64,000 nucleotides of DNA, taken from IMG/VR virus record IMGVR_UViG_3300007734_000759, positions 87,154-151,153 of that record. One strand, 5' to 3'. The stretch's first letter is position 1; every line of letters starts with the position of its first letter. The notes beneath the pieces are model-generated. The model had not been told where the DNA came from and made no database searches. It worked only from the letters and a program-made list of their open reading frames with translations. The DNA comes from a virus. Made by a program: the position numbers and the translations under genes. Of this stretch, positions 10,179 to 21,362 are shown piece after piece.

Positions 10179-10658
10179 ATGTTTTTAAACGCACATCAAA
10201 TCGAACCCTTAATTCAAGGAACACCAGGAAAGAAAGCTCAAGTAGGTATTGATCTTACCGTTTGTGATATCAAATCAATCCACGGAGGAGCTTTATTGAA
10301 AGATAAAACAGAACTACAACCCTACGCAACTAAGGCGTTAGACACCTTTGACGGTAAAGAAGGATGGTACCTAATCTCAGGACATGCTTACTCAGTAACA
10401 TTTGACCAAGGAGTTAAACTAGGAAGTATTCACACAGCCTTTATTCGACACCGTAGTTCTCTCTTACGTATGGGATGGACCTGTACAAGCGGAGTATACG
10501 ATCCAGGATTCGAAGTAGATCAAATGGGAGCAGTGCTTATGGGTAATTGTAATATCTTCATCGAGAAAGGAGCTCGCATTGCTCAGATTGTTGTAGCAGA
10601 AAATTATAATGCAGACCTCTACAATGGCCAATGGCAGGGTCAAAAGGATGTTAAGTAG
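10179..10658 (+). CDS. dUTPase / dCTP deaminase family protein
   Basis: GIDL, RSSLLRMG, YDPGF, GARIAQ, YNGQWQ. Confidence 0.8.
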   Translation: MFLNAHQIEPLIQGTPGKKAQVGIDLTVCDIKSIHGGALLKDKTELQPYATKALDTFDGKEGWYLISGHAYSVTFDQGVKLGSIHTAFIRHRSSLLRMGWTCTSGVYDPGFEVDQMGAVLMGNCNIFIEKGARIAQIVVAENYNADLYNGQWQGQKDVK

Positions 10659-10688
10659 TAATGTAGACTATTTATTATAAAACATAAG

Positions 10689-11549
10689 ATGGCACGAGTA
10701 TTAAACGAGCAATTTATTAGAATGCAAAAGCTTGCTGGAGTAATTACAGAAGGTGAGTATAAGATGAAGATGCAAGAAGCTGATGAACAACAACTTGAAA
10801 AAGTAGCAGATGCAGTTGAAAAAAAGGCAGAACAAGTTGCAGACGATCCTGAAAAAGCAAAACAAATATTAGCCGCAGTGAAGGCGGCAGGTATAGATAT
10901 GAATCTCGTAGCACAAGCAGCTGCGCAACTCAAACAGGGAAAAGATCCTAAAGATGTTTTAACATCGATAGATAGTAAAGCACAAAAGGAAGTCACAGAA
11001 GGAGACAATGATAGTGTAAAAACATCTAAAACAAAGAAACTGTTACAGAACATGGGGCTAGGCTTCCTAGTTGGCGGATCAGCAGGATTCCTGGGTGCAG
11101 CAGGTATAGCAGGAGCAGCATTACTTTCAGGACCAGTTGCACCAGCTGTACTTTTTGCTGCTTTCCTATTAGGAGGAGGAGCGATAGGAGCAGGAATCGG
11201 CGCAGCCAATACCAACCGAGGCGATACAGGAGGTAACATACCAGACTACATACTTATTCAGAACGCCCAAAAGGATTTTGACGAAGAGCAAGACAAAGCT
11301 TACAGAGAAACAGGCCGTCATAGAGAAACACCTAAAAGGGATCAAATTTATATTGTCGATAACGGTGCTACACCCGAAGAACTTAAAGGTAAGGATTTAT
11401 GGAGAAGAAGTTACAAAAATCGGGATGTATTGATTGATTTGTCAAACATTCCTATCTCAACAGACCGGCGTTTCGTACTATCTCCCGAATTAGAAAAAGA
11501 AAAAGAAGAATTAGCTCGACTTTCAGATAAGGCATGGCGAGGACGTTGA
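10689..11549 (+). CDS. Leader-bearing protein (LNEQFIRMQKLAGVITEG) with a glycine-zipper hydrophobic hairpin
   Basis: Leader shared with 17118 and 17456; GLGFLVGGSAGFLGAAG...GGGAIGAGIGA segment. Confidence 0.75.
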   Translation: MARVLNEQFIRMQKLAGVITEGEYKMKMQEADEQQLEKVADAVEKKAEQVADDPEKAKQILAAVKAAGIDMNLVAQAAAQLKQGKDPKDVLTSIDSKAQKEVTEGDNDSVKTSKTKKLLQNMGLGFLVGGSAGFLGAAGIAGAALLSGPVAPAVLFAAFLLGGGAIGAGIGAANTNRGDTGGNIPDYILIQNAQKDFDEEQDKAYRETGRHRETPKRDQIYIVDNGATPEELKGKDLWRRSYKNRDVLIDLSNIPISTDRRFVLSPELEKEKEELARLSDKAWRGR

Positions 11550-11585
11550 GTAATATTATAAACTATATTCTTAAAAAATCTTAAC

Positions 11586-11615
11586 AAGCCAACTTTATGT
11601 TGGCTTTTTCTTTTT
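11586..11615 (+). terminator. Intrinsic terminator inside a promoter cassette
   Basis: AAGCCAAC-tttat-GTTGGCTT plus T-run; near-identical copy at 14724. Confidence 0.75.
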
Positions 11616-11635
11616 CTGTGCGTATCTTTAAGTAT

Positions 11636-11977
11636 ATGAAAAAATACATAGAAGTAAGATTAGACATTGAAGGTTTACACAACTGGCCAGATTGTAACCT
11701 ACCACACGTAGATTATTTAGCACATCTACATCGTCACACATTCCAGATCTTCTGTAGATCAGAAGTTAGCCATGGTAATCGAGATATTGAATTCATCGAT
11801 CTCAAGCACAGAGTTAAGAAGTACATTGCCAACACTTGGTACGATCCAGCTTACGGATGCTGCAACTTTGGTGCAATGAGTTGTGAAATGATTGCCGAAG
11901 ACCTACTAAACTATTTTGGATTTTGTAGAGTATCTGTATCAGAAGATGGTGAGTTTTTTGGAATTGTTGAAATCTAA
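11636..11977 (+). CDS. QueD-paralog T-fold protein, DpdL-like (putative CDG decarboxylase)
   Basis: LAHLHRHTF (LxxxHRHxF), RDIEF, SCEMIA, VSEDGE; lies in the 7-deazaguanine cluster; family assignment from recalled motif. Confidence 0.65.
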   Translation: MKKYIEVRLDIEGLHNWPDCNLPHVDYLAHLHRHTFQIFCRSEVSHGNRDIEFIDLKHRVKKYIANTWYDPAYGCCNFGAMSCEMIAEDLLNYFGFCRVSVSEDGEFFGIVEI

Positions 11978-12459
11978 TGAAAGTATTGTTCCTATTCGGA
12001 GAGATCTGCTCAGGTAAGAGCACATATGATCCAGGAGCTGAGTATCACAGATACACAGTATCATCAGTAGTTAAAAAAATAATGCAAACAGAGGATAGAG
12101 CATTGCTTCAAGATTCTAAACACCTTACCGAGCACATTGCAAACACGATTTGTGAAGACATCTTCTACTATCAGAATTTTGTATTCGTTGATGAGCAAAG
12201 TACTCCTCAATATTTCGTGGTAGACGGGATTAGACAGTATGAAATACTAACTATCATTGAAGATTATTTGACACGTACCTACCCGAGTTTAACACTGGAA
12301 TACAAGTGGTTGGAAGTGGATCGAGAAGAACGTAAACGTAGATTTGAAGCTCGTAAGGATGTTAAAGATACTTTATCATTTGAAGAAGCAGAAAAAAGAG
12401 ATAATGAGTTGGGATTATCAACTTTATTTAGTATATTAAAAGAACAAAATAAAATTTAA
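11977..12459 (+). CDS. P-loop nucleotide kinase-like protein
   Basis: GEICSGKS, VVDGIR, RKRRFEAR lid-like motif. Confidence 0.65.
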   Translation: MKVLFLFGEICSGKSTYDPGAEYHRYTVSSVVKKIMQTEDRALLQDSKHLTEHIANTICEDIFYYQNFVFVDEQSTPQYFVVDGIRQYEILTIIEDYLTRTYPSLTLEYKWLEVDREERKRRFEARKDVKDTLSFEEAEKRDNELGLSTLFSILKEQNKI

Positions 12460-12461
12460 GT

Positions 12462-13103
12462 ATGGAGTTATTGAAAAAGCCTAATGGCAACATTGTACGA
12501 ACTGAGGAGGAAAAAGCTCAAATGATCGAACAAGCAGCTGTGTATTATGGTCAGTTTTTGAACGCTTTAGGGTTTGACTGGGCTGCTGATGCACACTCAG
12601 CAGATACCCCACGTCGAGTGGCTAAAGCATGGGTACATGATTTAATTAAAGGATCAATTAATGCAGAGCCGAAAATTACTGCTTTTCCTAATGATGAAGG
12701 GTACACGGGTATTATAGCACAAACAAGGATACCGGTGGTGAGTATGTGCGCACACCACAACTTGCAATTCGTTGGTATCTGCCATGCGGCCTACATACCA
12801 GGAAAGGAAAACACCGACATGGTTATTGGCCTAAGCAAGCTGAACCGCATTGTAGATTTCTATGCTCGCAGACCTCAGATTCAGGAAAGTTTGACCAAAC
12901 AGATCCATGATCATATTGATCGTTTATGTGTAGGTAATCGTGGAGTTGCTGTGGTAATCGAATCACAACACAATTGTGTACGTTGTCGACAACTTAACCA
13001 CGAAAGTGTTATGAAAACCTCTCAACTATCTGGATACTTCTTCACGAATGAAATAGGCACTCGCACTGAGTTGTTTTCTCTAATCGAGAACTCCAGACTT
13101 TAA
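12462..13103 (+). CDS. folE: GTP cyclohydrolase I
   Basis: TPRRVAK, SMCAHH, GLSKLNRIV, RRPQIQE, HNCVRCR. Confidence 0.95.
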   Translation: MELLKKPNGNIVRTEEEKAQMIEQAAVYYGQFLNALGFDWAADAHSADTPRRVAKAWVHDLIKGSINAEPKITAFPNDEGYTGIIAQTRIPVVSMCAHHNLQFVGICHAAYIPGKENTDMVIGLSKLNRIVDFYARRPQIQESLTKQIHDHIDRLCVGNRGVAVVIESQHNCVRCRQLNHESVMKTSQLSGYFFTNEIGTRTELFSLIENSRL

Positions 13104-13110
13104 TCTTTCA

Positions 13111-13160
13111 GGAATGTCGGCTATTTATTACAAATAAACTAATACAATGGCTGACATTTC
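13111..13160 (+). promoter_or_regulatory. Start-codon-sequestering hairpin whose 5' arm overlaps a TATTTAT motif
   Basis: GGAATGTCGGCTATT (13111-25) pairs with AATGGCTGACATTTC (13146-60, includes the ATG); 15 bp with 3 GU. Confidence 0.7.
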
Positions 13161-13896
13161 ATCTATTAAAGTTAACAAAGGAGATGTGTTTGGACACTGG
13201 ACTGTTGTAAGCATCTACACAGCCCAGAAGGTTGAGTGTGTATGTAGATGTGGGTATGTTAAAGAACAAAGACAAACAGACCTACTCAGAGGGGCAACTA
13301 AACAATGTCCAAGTTGCTATGCTAAAAAACCTAAGGCAGGAATTGAAACAGGAAAGAGGTTTGGTAAGTGGACGGTTGTCGACGTTGAGGACTATACCTA
13401 CCTGTATAGGAGGAATGGAAAGGTACTAGAGAGGCAGTATAGATGTATTTGCGATTGTGGAACAGAAAAGTACATCAGAACATCACACATAACCAGAGGG
13501 CTATCAAAACAATGTGGCACGTGCCGTATGATGGATTACTCGGTAAGTACCGTAGGTTGTATACCAACCACAGATATTAAGAGGTATAAGGCAGGAGCAG
13601 CCAAGCGAAATAAGGAATGGAATATCACTTCCGAGTACTTATACGAACTATACGAGAAGCAAAATAGGCTTTGTGCTCTGACAGGTATACCCATACAGTT
13701 TTCTCAAAAAGGTATAGGGACTCCAGGAGCTAAGGATGTTAGCACAGCTTCTCTTGATCGAATAGATTCGACGAAAGGGTACACACCTGATAACATACAG
13801 TGGATACATAAGGATGTAAATAAAATGAAAATGGATTTGGAAGAACTAAATTTTCTTCGTATAGTTAAACAAATATACGAATACAAACAACTATAA
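13147..13896 (+). mobile_element. Free-standing HNH-like (His-Me finger) homing endonuclease
   Basis: Two G.xFG.WTV...CxCxCG...CxxC repeats; CALTG, SLDRIDSTKGY..DNIQW...VN.MK. Confidence 0.75.
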
Positions 13897-13906
13897 AAAA
13901 ATTAAT

Positions 13907-14701
13907 ATGATGGATTTCTATGTAATATCTCCAGTAAGTGATCTTTCACCTATGGATCTAGGTAACCGAATCTTCGTATTGGCTCACCTATGGGTACAGT
14001 TCCCACACTATCAGAATCACATTCTACAGAAAAAGGAAGAAGGATACTGGATTACCTTAGATAACTCTGCAGCAGAACGAGCTCTAGTAACAGAGGATGT
14101 ATTAATTGACGTATGCCACGAATTGATGCCTGACGAAGTAATTGCACCTGATGTATTGTTCGATAAGGATGCAACTATCCAAAACGCAATCAAGTTTAGA
14201 GAGCGAATGGAAGAAGAAGGATTGTTAGGTACTATCGACATCTTCTTTTGCCCTCAAGGAGCAACTAAAGAGGATTGGTTAGAGGCATACGAATGGGGTA
14301 TCAACCAAGACTGGATTAATGTAATTGGTTTCTCTAAGATTGCTATTCCAAATGCATGGCTTCCAGAGTGGAAAGATGATCAAGGAATCAAAGAAGCTCG
14401 TCATGCAGCATACGATTACCTGAAGGAAAGAGATATGTTAAAGAAGCCTATCCATTGCCTTGGCCAGGGGGATCCAACAGAATTCACATACTACGACCAT
14501 CCAATGATGCGAAGCACAGACTCAGTATTCCCAGTACTAGCTGCTTCTTTAGGACAGGACTTCCGCATTGATCACGAGACTCGTACTCCAACACCTCACA
14601 ACTTCTTAGAGACTTACGATATGAGTAAAGTAGATAAGGAGCTTATCAGAGCTAATGTTGAGTTCTTGAAGATGAGTTGTACAGGAGATCTATTAATCTA
14701 A
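13907..14701 (+). CDS. DpdA/TGT-like 7-deazaguanine transglycosylase
   Basis: LDNSA, IAPDV, CPQG, IHCLG, RSTDS motifs of the TGT fold; next to folE. Confidence 0.65.
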   Translation: MMDFYVISPVSDLSPMDLGNRIFVLAHLWVQFPHYQNHILQKKEEGYWITLDNSAAERALVTEDVLIDVCHELMPDEVIAPDVLFDKDATIQNAIKFRERMEEEGLLGTIDIFFCPQGATKEDWLEAYEWGINQDWINVIGFSKIAIPNAWLPEWKDDQGIKEARHAAYDYLKERDMLKKPIHCLGQGDPTEFTYYDHPMMRSTDSVFPVLAASLGQDFRIDHETRTPTPHNFLETYDMSKVDKELIRANVEFLKMSCTGDLLI

Positions 14702-14723
14702 CACACCACCCAGATGATAAATC

Positions 14724-14748
14724 AAGCCAACTTTTTGTTGGCTTTTTT
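14724..14748 (+). terminator. Intrinsic terminator preceding the polA promoter
   Basis: AAGCCAAC-ttttt-GTTGGCTT plus T-run. Confidence 0.75.
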
Positions 14749-14774
14749 ATTTTTTATGCGTATCTTTAATCAAT

Positions 14775-17081
14775 ATGAGCAATAAGAGTTATAAAATCAT
14801 TACTACGCAAGAAGGTGTAGTTGAGTTGATGGAACATATCGAAAAGCATAACATAATAGCTTTTGATACTGAAACCACAACCTTGAATCCAAGACACGGA
14901 CAGATCATTGGATTCTCAGTATCAGGGCAAATAGGAGAGGGATATTATTTTCCTACTCGTATTTGGAACCCTACTTCTCAACAAATCGAAGACTTAGAGA
15001 TAGCAGGAATATCTTGTGATAAGATTGCAAAGAAGTTATTGAAGATGTTAGTAGGTAAACAGCTTGTCATGCACAACGCATCATTCGATACTCGATACAC
15101 TAAGAACTTCTACGGTATAGACTTACTTCCTTCTCTATGGGTCGATACAGGATTGCTAGTACATACAGTACAGGAAGAAGGAGCTTTTGGATTTGGTAAT
15201 CCTTTTGGATTGAAATCTATTGCAATCATGGTTCAGAAAGAGATTGGACTTGATGTAGAGAAAGCAGCTAACGAAGAGCAGTTAATCCTTAAAGAGAATA
15301 TCAAAGCTAACGGAGGATCAACCACAAAGGAAAACTTTGAAATCTTCAAAGCAGATATGCAAATACTTGGAGAATATGCTGCAGCAGATACTGACTTAAC
15401 TTTACGAATCTGTAATCACTTTTTAGAAATCTTAGAGAAAGAAGGTCTAACTGATTTCTTTTTTGAGGAAGAAGTTATGCCTCTATACCGAGAAGTAACA
15501 GTTCTAATGGAGGACAGAGGTATTGCTTTGGATATGGAACTGATCGAAAAGACAGATACACAGATTCAAGAAGATCAGAGACTGTATGGTAAGAAGGTAC
15601 TAGATTCTCTGATGGCTTTACCTAAGACAAGAGAATGGATTATCGATCAAGCATTTAAAGAATGTCCACCATCCCATAAAGGAAAGTGGGCAAGTGTATA
15701 CGCTGAGATGCGACAACTACCACTACCTAAGACAGCTAAAGGATATTCTTTAACAGCAAAAACATTAGCAGTACTTACTGATCCTATGGATATTGCTTTT
15801 TTAAAGGACGGAAATATCGAAGCAGTACCTGAGGAATTCAGAGCTAAGATCTCTCTAAAACTATGGAAAGAGAAGAACGATGGAGTTTACATCAACATCC
15901 AATCAAAAGTCCAGCTAGGAGATATTGCATTCAACTACTTAGGTATTAAGCCACTATCAACAACTGCAAAAGGAAAACCACAGTTTGATGATGATATATT
16001 AGAGGCACTTGCTCCTAAACACGACTGGGCAGAGAACTTACGAATCTATAACAAGCTATTGAAGATTAAATCTACATACATTGATAGGTTCTATCTTAAA
16101 GCAGAGGATGGAATCTTCTATCCCTACTTTAAACAAAACGGAACAGTATCAGGACGTTATGGATCGGACATGCAACAGCTTCCCAAACCAAAAGAGGATG
16201 GAGAGGCAGCAGAGATTGTAGTTAGATACAATAACGAGATTCGAGCTTTCTTCAAAAGCAGACCAGGCTATAAGTTTGTAGATTGCGACTACGAATCATT
16301 AGAACCTCACTTATTTGCTTCAGTATCGGATGATAAGAACCTGCAAGAGATCTTTAATAACGGATATGACTTCTACTCCTATGTAGCGATTAGAACTGAG
16401 AAGATGGAAGGAGTATCCGCAGATAAGAAAGCACCTAACTTTTTGAAGAAAGTAGATCCAGTAAAGAGACAAAGAGCTAAGTCGTATTCACTTGGAATGG
16501 CTTATGGTATGAGTCCTTATGCATTAGCGATGTCGTTAGGAATTGATAAGAAGGAAGGAGCACAACTGCACTCTGCTTACTTAGAAGGGTTCCCTGGTGT
16601 AGCTAACTGGATTGATAAGTCAAGAGAGCATTTCAAAGAACACGGATACGTTAAGAATAAAGTAGGACGTATTAGACATTTGAATAAAGGTAAAGAAGTG
16701 TACGATGTACTAGGAGAATCTATTATGGATTTCAAAGTACGTAAGACTCTTTCACAGGAATATGGAACAGAAGCAGTACAAAAGTGGTATGGAGATTACA
16801 GAAACGCTCTGAACAACTGTTTGAACTTTCAAATCCAATCCTTTGCAGCATCAGTAGTGAATAGAGCAGCGCTAGCAATCAATAGAGCTTTCAAAGAAAG
16901 AGGATGGGATGCACAAGTAATAGCACAGATCCATGACCAATTAGTTATGGAAGTGGCAGAGGAACACGCAGAGGAAGCAGCTAAGATTGTACAGCATCTA
17001 ATGCAAACAACCACACAACCTCCAGGCATCACTCTAAAAGCACCACCAGAGATCGCAACTAACCTTAGAGATGGGCATTAA
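14775..17081 (+). CDS. polA: DNA polymerase family A with 3'-5' exonuclease domain
   Basis: FDTETT, HNASFD, YAAAD; SGR, DYESLE, RQRAKSYSLGMAYG, NFQIQS, QIHD. Confidence 0.95.
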   Translation: MSNKSYKIITTQEGVVELMEHIEKHNIIAFDTETTTLNPRHGQIIGFSVSGQIGEGYYFPTRIWNPTSQQIEDLEIAGISCDKIAKKLLKMLVGKQLVMHNASFDTRYTKNFYGIDLLPSLWVDTGLLVHTVQEEGAFGFGNPFGLKSIAIMVQKEIGLDVEKAANEEQLILKENIKANGGSTTKENFEIFKADMQILGEYAAADTDLTLRICNHFLEILEKEGLTDFFFEEEVMPLYREVTVLMEDRGIALDMELIEKTDTQIQEDQRLYGKKVLDSLMALPKTREWIIDQAFKECPPSHKGKWASVYAEMRQLPLPKTAKGYSLTAKTLAVLTDPMDIAFLKDGNIEAVPEEFRAKISLKLWKEKNDGVYINIQSKVQLGDIAFNYLGIKPLSTTAKGKPQFDDDILEALAPKHDWAENLRIYNKLLKIKSTYIDRFYLKAEDGIFYPYFKQNGTVSGRYGSDMQQLPKPKEDGEAAEIVVRYNNEIRAFFKSRPGYKFVDCDYESLEPHLFASVSDDKNLQEIFNNGYDFYSYVAIRTEKMEGVSADKKAPNFLKKVDPVKRQRAKSYSLGMAYGMSPYALAMSLGIDKKEGAQLHSAYLEGFPGVANWIDKSREHFKEHGYVKNKVGRIRHLNKGKEVYDVLGESIMDFKVRKTLSQEYGTEAVQKWYGDYRNALNNCLNFQIQSFAASVVNRAALAINRAFKERGWDAQVIAQIHDQLVMEVAEEHAEEAAKIVQHLMQTTTQPPGITLKAPPEIATNLRDGH

Positions 17082-17106
17082 TCGTGAACAACAGACTATT
17101 TATAAT

Positions 17107-17524
17107 TAAAAACAAATATGAAACAACCATTAAATGAACAATTCCGCAGAATGCAAAAACTTGCTGGAATTATTACTGAAGGAATGTCATCTACCGCTAC
17201 TTACGAAGGCGATCCTGTAACTATAGTTGCAATGTATGATAACATTGGAGATGCTGTTGAAGGAGCAAAGAAATACTTAGACGGAGGTAATGGAGAGATC
17301 ACCTCAGATCAGTGGATGGATGCTGATGGAAGATATTATATGCAAGATCTTGCTGGAAGCACTCAAATTGCTCACATCGCAGGCGTAGGAGAAGTTCCAG
17401 GATCTCAACCACCTATGTTAGTAGATGCTTCTGAGCTAGACTAATAAAAACAAATATGAAACAACAACTAAATGAGCAATTCCGCAGAATGCAAAAACTT
17501 GCTGGAATTATCACCGAAGGAATG
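17107..17524 (+). repeat. 80-nt direct repeat (5'UTR plus leader codons): 17107-17186 and 17445-17524
   Basis: taaaaacaaatATGAAACAAC...CAATTCCGCAGAATGCAAAAACTTGCTGGAATTAT...GAAGGAATG in both copies. Confidence 0.9.
17118..17444 (+). CDS. Leader-bearing acidic protein
   Basis: MKQPLNEQFRRMQKLAGIITEGM followed by a unique C-terminus. Confidence 0.75.
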   Translation: MKQPLNEQFRRMQKLAGIITEGMSSTATYEGDPVTIVAMYDNIGDAVEGAKKYLDGGNGEITSDQWMDADGRYYMQDLAGSTQIAHIAGVGEVPGSQPPMLVDASELD

Positions 17525-17773
17525 GAAGGTGGAACACAGTACGACATACTACAGAATGGTGAAGGAGGAGAGGATTTTTTCCAAGATAAAGAAGAGATAG
17601 TACAATACTTTGAACGCCGAGGAATACTAAACTTTGAACTAGAAGATGGTGAGCAGATCAGCGTAGAGGATGGAGTTGATAGAATGATGAATGGAGAGAC
17701 TCTGGTAGTAACAAACGAAGAGTTGGTAGAGATGGGAGATGACTATGCTGAATGGTCTGTTGAAGAAGTGTAA
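17456..17773 (+). CDS. Leader-bearing highly acidic protein
   Basis: MKQQLNEQFRRMQKLAGIITEGM followed by a different C-terminus. Confidence 0.75.
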   Translation: MKQQLNEQFRRMQKLAGIITEGMEGGTQYDILQNGEGGEDFFQDKEEIVQYFERRGILNFELEDGEQISVEDGVDRMMNGETLVVTNEELVEMGDDYAEWSVEEV

Positions 17774-17803
17774 TAGTAATTTATTATAAAAATTTTTACA
17801 AAG

Positions 17804-17828
17804 AGCCTTGCCAACGCAAGGCTTTTTT
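17804..17828 (+). terminator. Intrinsic terminator
   Basis: AGCCTTGC-caac-GCAAGGCT plus T-run. Confidence 0.8.
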
Positions 17829-17911
17829 GTTATATTAAGATATGTATTAGAGACCCAAGGGCAAAACTAAATTTATTGTTAAACTAAAAAACCATCTTAG
17901 GAGGTAAAATT

Positions 17912-18346
17912 ATGACACATTTCTTGTTAAGGGAACGTATGAACGACCCATTTGACATTTTGTTCAGAGACTTTTTTAATTCAAATTCAAATTTCAACTT
18001 TCTCTCTGACGTAAAAATCACACACCCAGTAGATATTTTCGAAGATCCACAAGGACTGCATTTTGAAATTGCATGTACTGGACTTACAAAAGAAGACGTA
18101 AACATCGACATCGAAGGCGATGTACTAAAGGTTTCGTATACAAGACCTAAAGGAGACGACTCTCCAGACTCAGAAGACCGTACTTATCTAGTTAAGAACG
18201 TAGCTCGTAGGTCTTTCAACTTAGGTTACAAAATCTCAACACGTTTTGATCTTACAAAAGCAGAGGCCAACATGCAAGGAGGTCTGTTGCACATCTCAAT
18301 TCCATTTGCAGAAAGTTCCAAACCAAGATCTTTGAAAATTAAATAA
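17912..18346 (+). CDS. Small heat shock protein (Hsp20/alpha-crystallin)
   Basis: PVDI.E, G..KEDVNI.IEGDVL, RSFNLGY, A.MQGGLL.I.IP. Confidence 0.9.
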   Translation: MTHFLLRERMNDPFDILFRDFFNSNSNFNFLSDVKITHPVDIFEDPQGLHFEIACTGLTKEDVNIDIEGDVLKVSYTRPKGDDSPDSEDRTYLVKNVARRSFNLGYKISTRFDLTKAEANMQGGLLHISIPFAESSKPRSLKIK

Positions 18347-18428
18347 TCCAATAGCCCTTGGGTTTTTTCAAAGATTATTGTTGGGAAATCGAAAAAAGTT
18401 TCGTATCTTAAAGATATAATCAAAAGTT

Positions 18429-18704
18429 ATGGGAAAAAAGAAAACAGATCAAAACAGCGGAGTAATTACTGATCCTGCAATGGAGCCTTACTTCATTACA
18501 ATGGATGAATACAATTTCACATTGATGAAGAAGTACAATGGAGAAAAGGGACACGCAGCTACTGTAGGATACTTCAACTCCTTCGGTGCATGCGTACGAG
18601 CTATTGCTTCATACCAATCCAGACAAGGACAGTTTGACTCGCTCAATGAGTATGTGACAAACTATCAAACAATTGTTGACAAATTAAATGTATTAGATAA
18701 ATAA
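18429..18704 (+). CDS. Hypothetical protein
   Basis: ORF in the chaperone cluster. Confidence 0.6.
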   Translation: MGKKKTDQNSGVITDPAMEPYFITMDEYNFTLMKKYNGEKGHAATVGYFNSFGACVRAIASYQSRQGQFDSLNEYVTNYQTIVDKLNVLDK

Positions 18705-18705
18705 C

Positions 18706-20633
<1,928 letters not shown>

Positions 20634-20641
20634 TCAAGGTT

Positions 20642-21362
20642 ATGTCAAAGACAGAACAAGTAGAAGTTTTGACTAAGATCGCCGTAAGGGTTCCACCTGG
20701 TGATCGCTGGCAGATGGTGGTAGGAGAGGATCAGAAAACGATCCTCCCTACTCTCACCGATGCTTTGGAGAAGTATGTTACACAAGCAGCAGGACGTTGT
20801 CCCTTTCGCTTAGATCCTTTTGAAGGTAGTTTATATGCAATTGGAACTCAAGAACAACCTCTTCCTGAACCTGAAGTTAAAAGATACAGCATCTACGACG
20901 AGTATTAATGAAACACTTTATCCACTATACAGTAAAATGGATTGCAGGAAACTTATCGATACCTTTTTGGATGGTAGGTCATGTGCACCTAAGCTTGAAT
21001 GTATATGAGGATATTTACGAGATCCTGGCGTCATTAGGAATGAACATCTTAGTTGGCGCTGGGTTCTTTTTAGAATGGAAAGAATATAAAAACCAGTTAA
21101 ATAATAAATGATGGAAAATCAACAACAGATGAAGTTGAATATCGACTTCAATAACACCACAGGTGTAGAATCAGAAGATGGAAATGTAGTGTTTCAAGAA
21201 GGATTTATTCTTCGTAGAGTATCTAAATTTGTAACAGGAACACAAGAAGACGGCATCATCCCCATCCCAGTATTCTACGACGTTGCAACAGGAAAGATTT
21301 TGAAAGAGACATTACCTAAGGAAATCCGTAAGTTTTACGAGGATGGATCAACTGAAGGATAA
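20642..21362 (+). CDS. Three small hypothetical proteins (20642-20908; 20908-21111 hydrophobic; 21108-21362)
   Basis: Tightly coupled ORFs; the second has two hydrophobic segments. Confidence 0.55.

Noticed and set aside
7682-14701. Queuosine tRNA-modification operon
   Set aside because: No queC, queF, queA or canonical Zn-binding Tgt; phage replication context favours DNA modification
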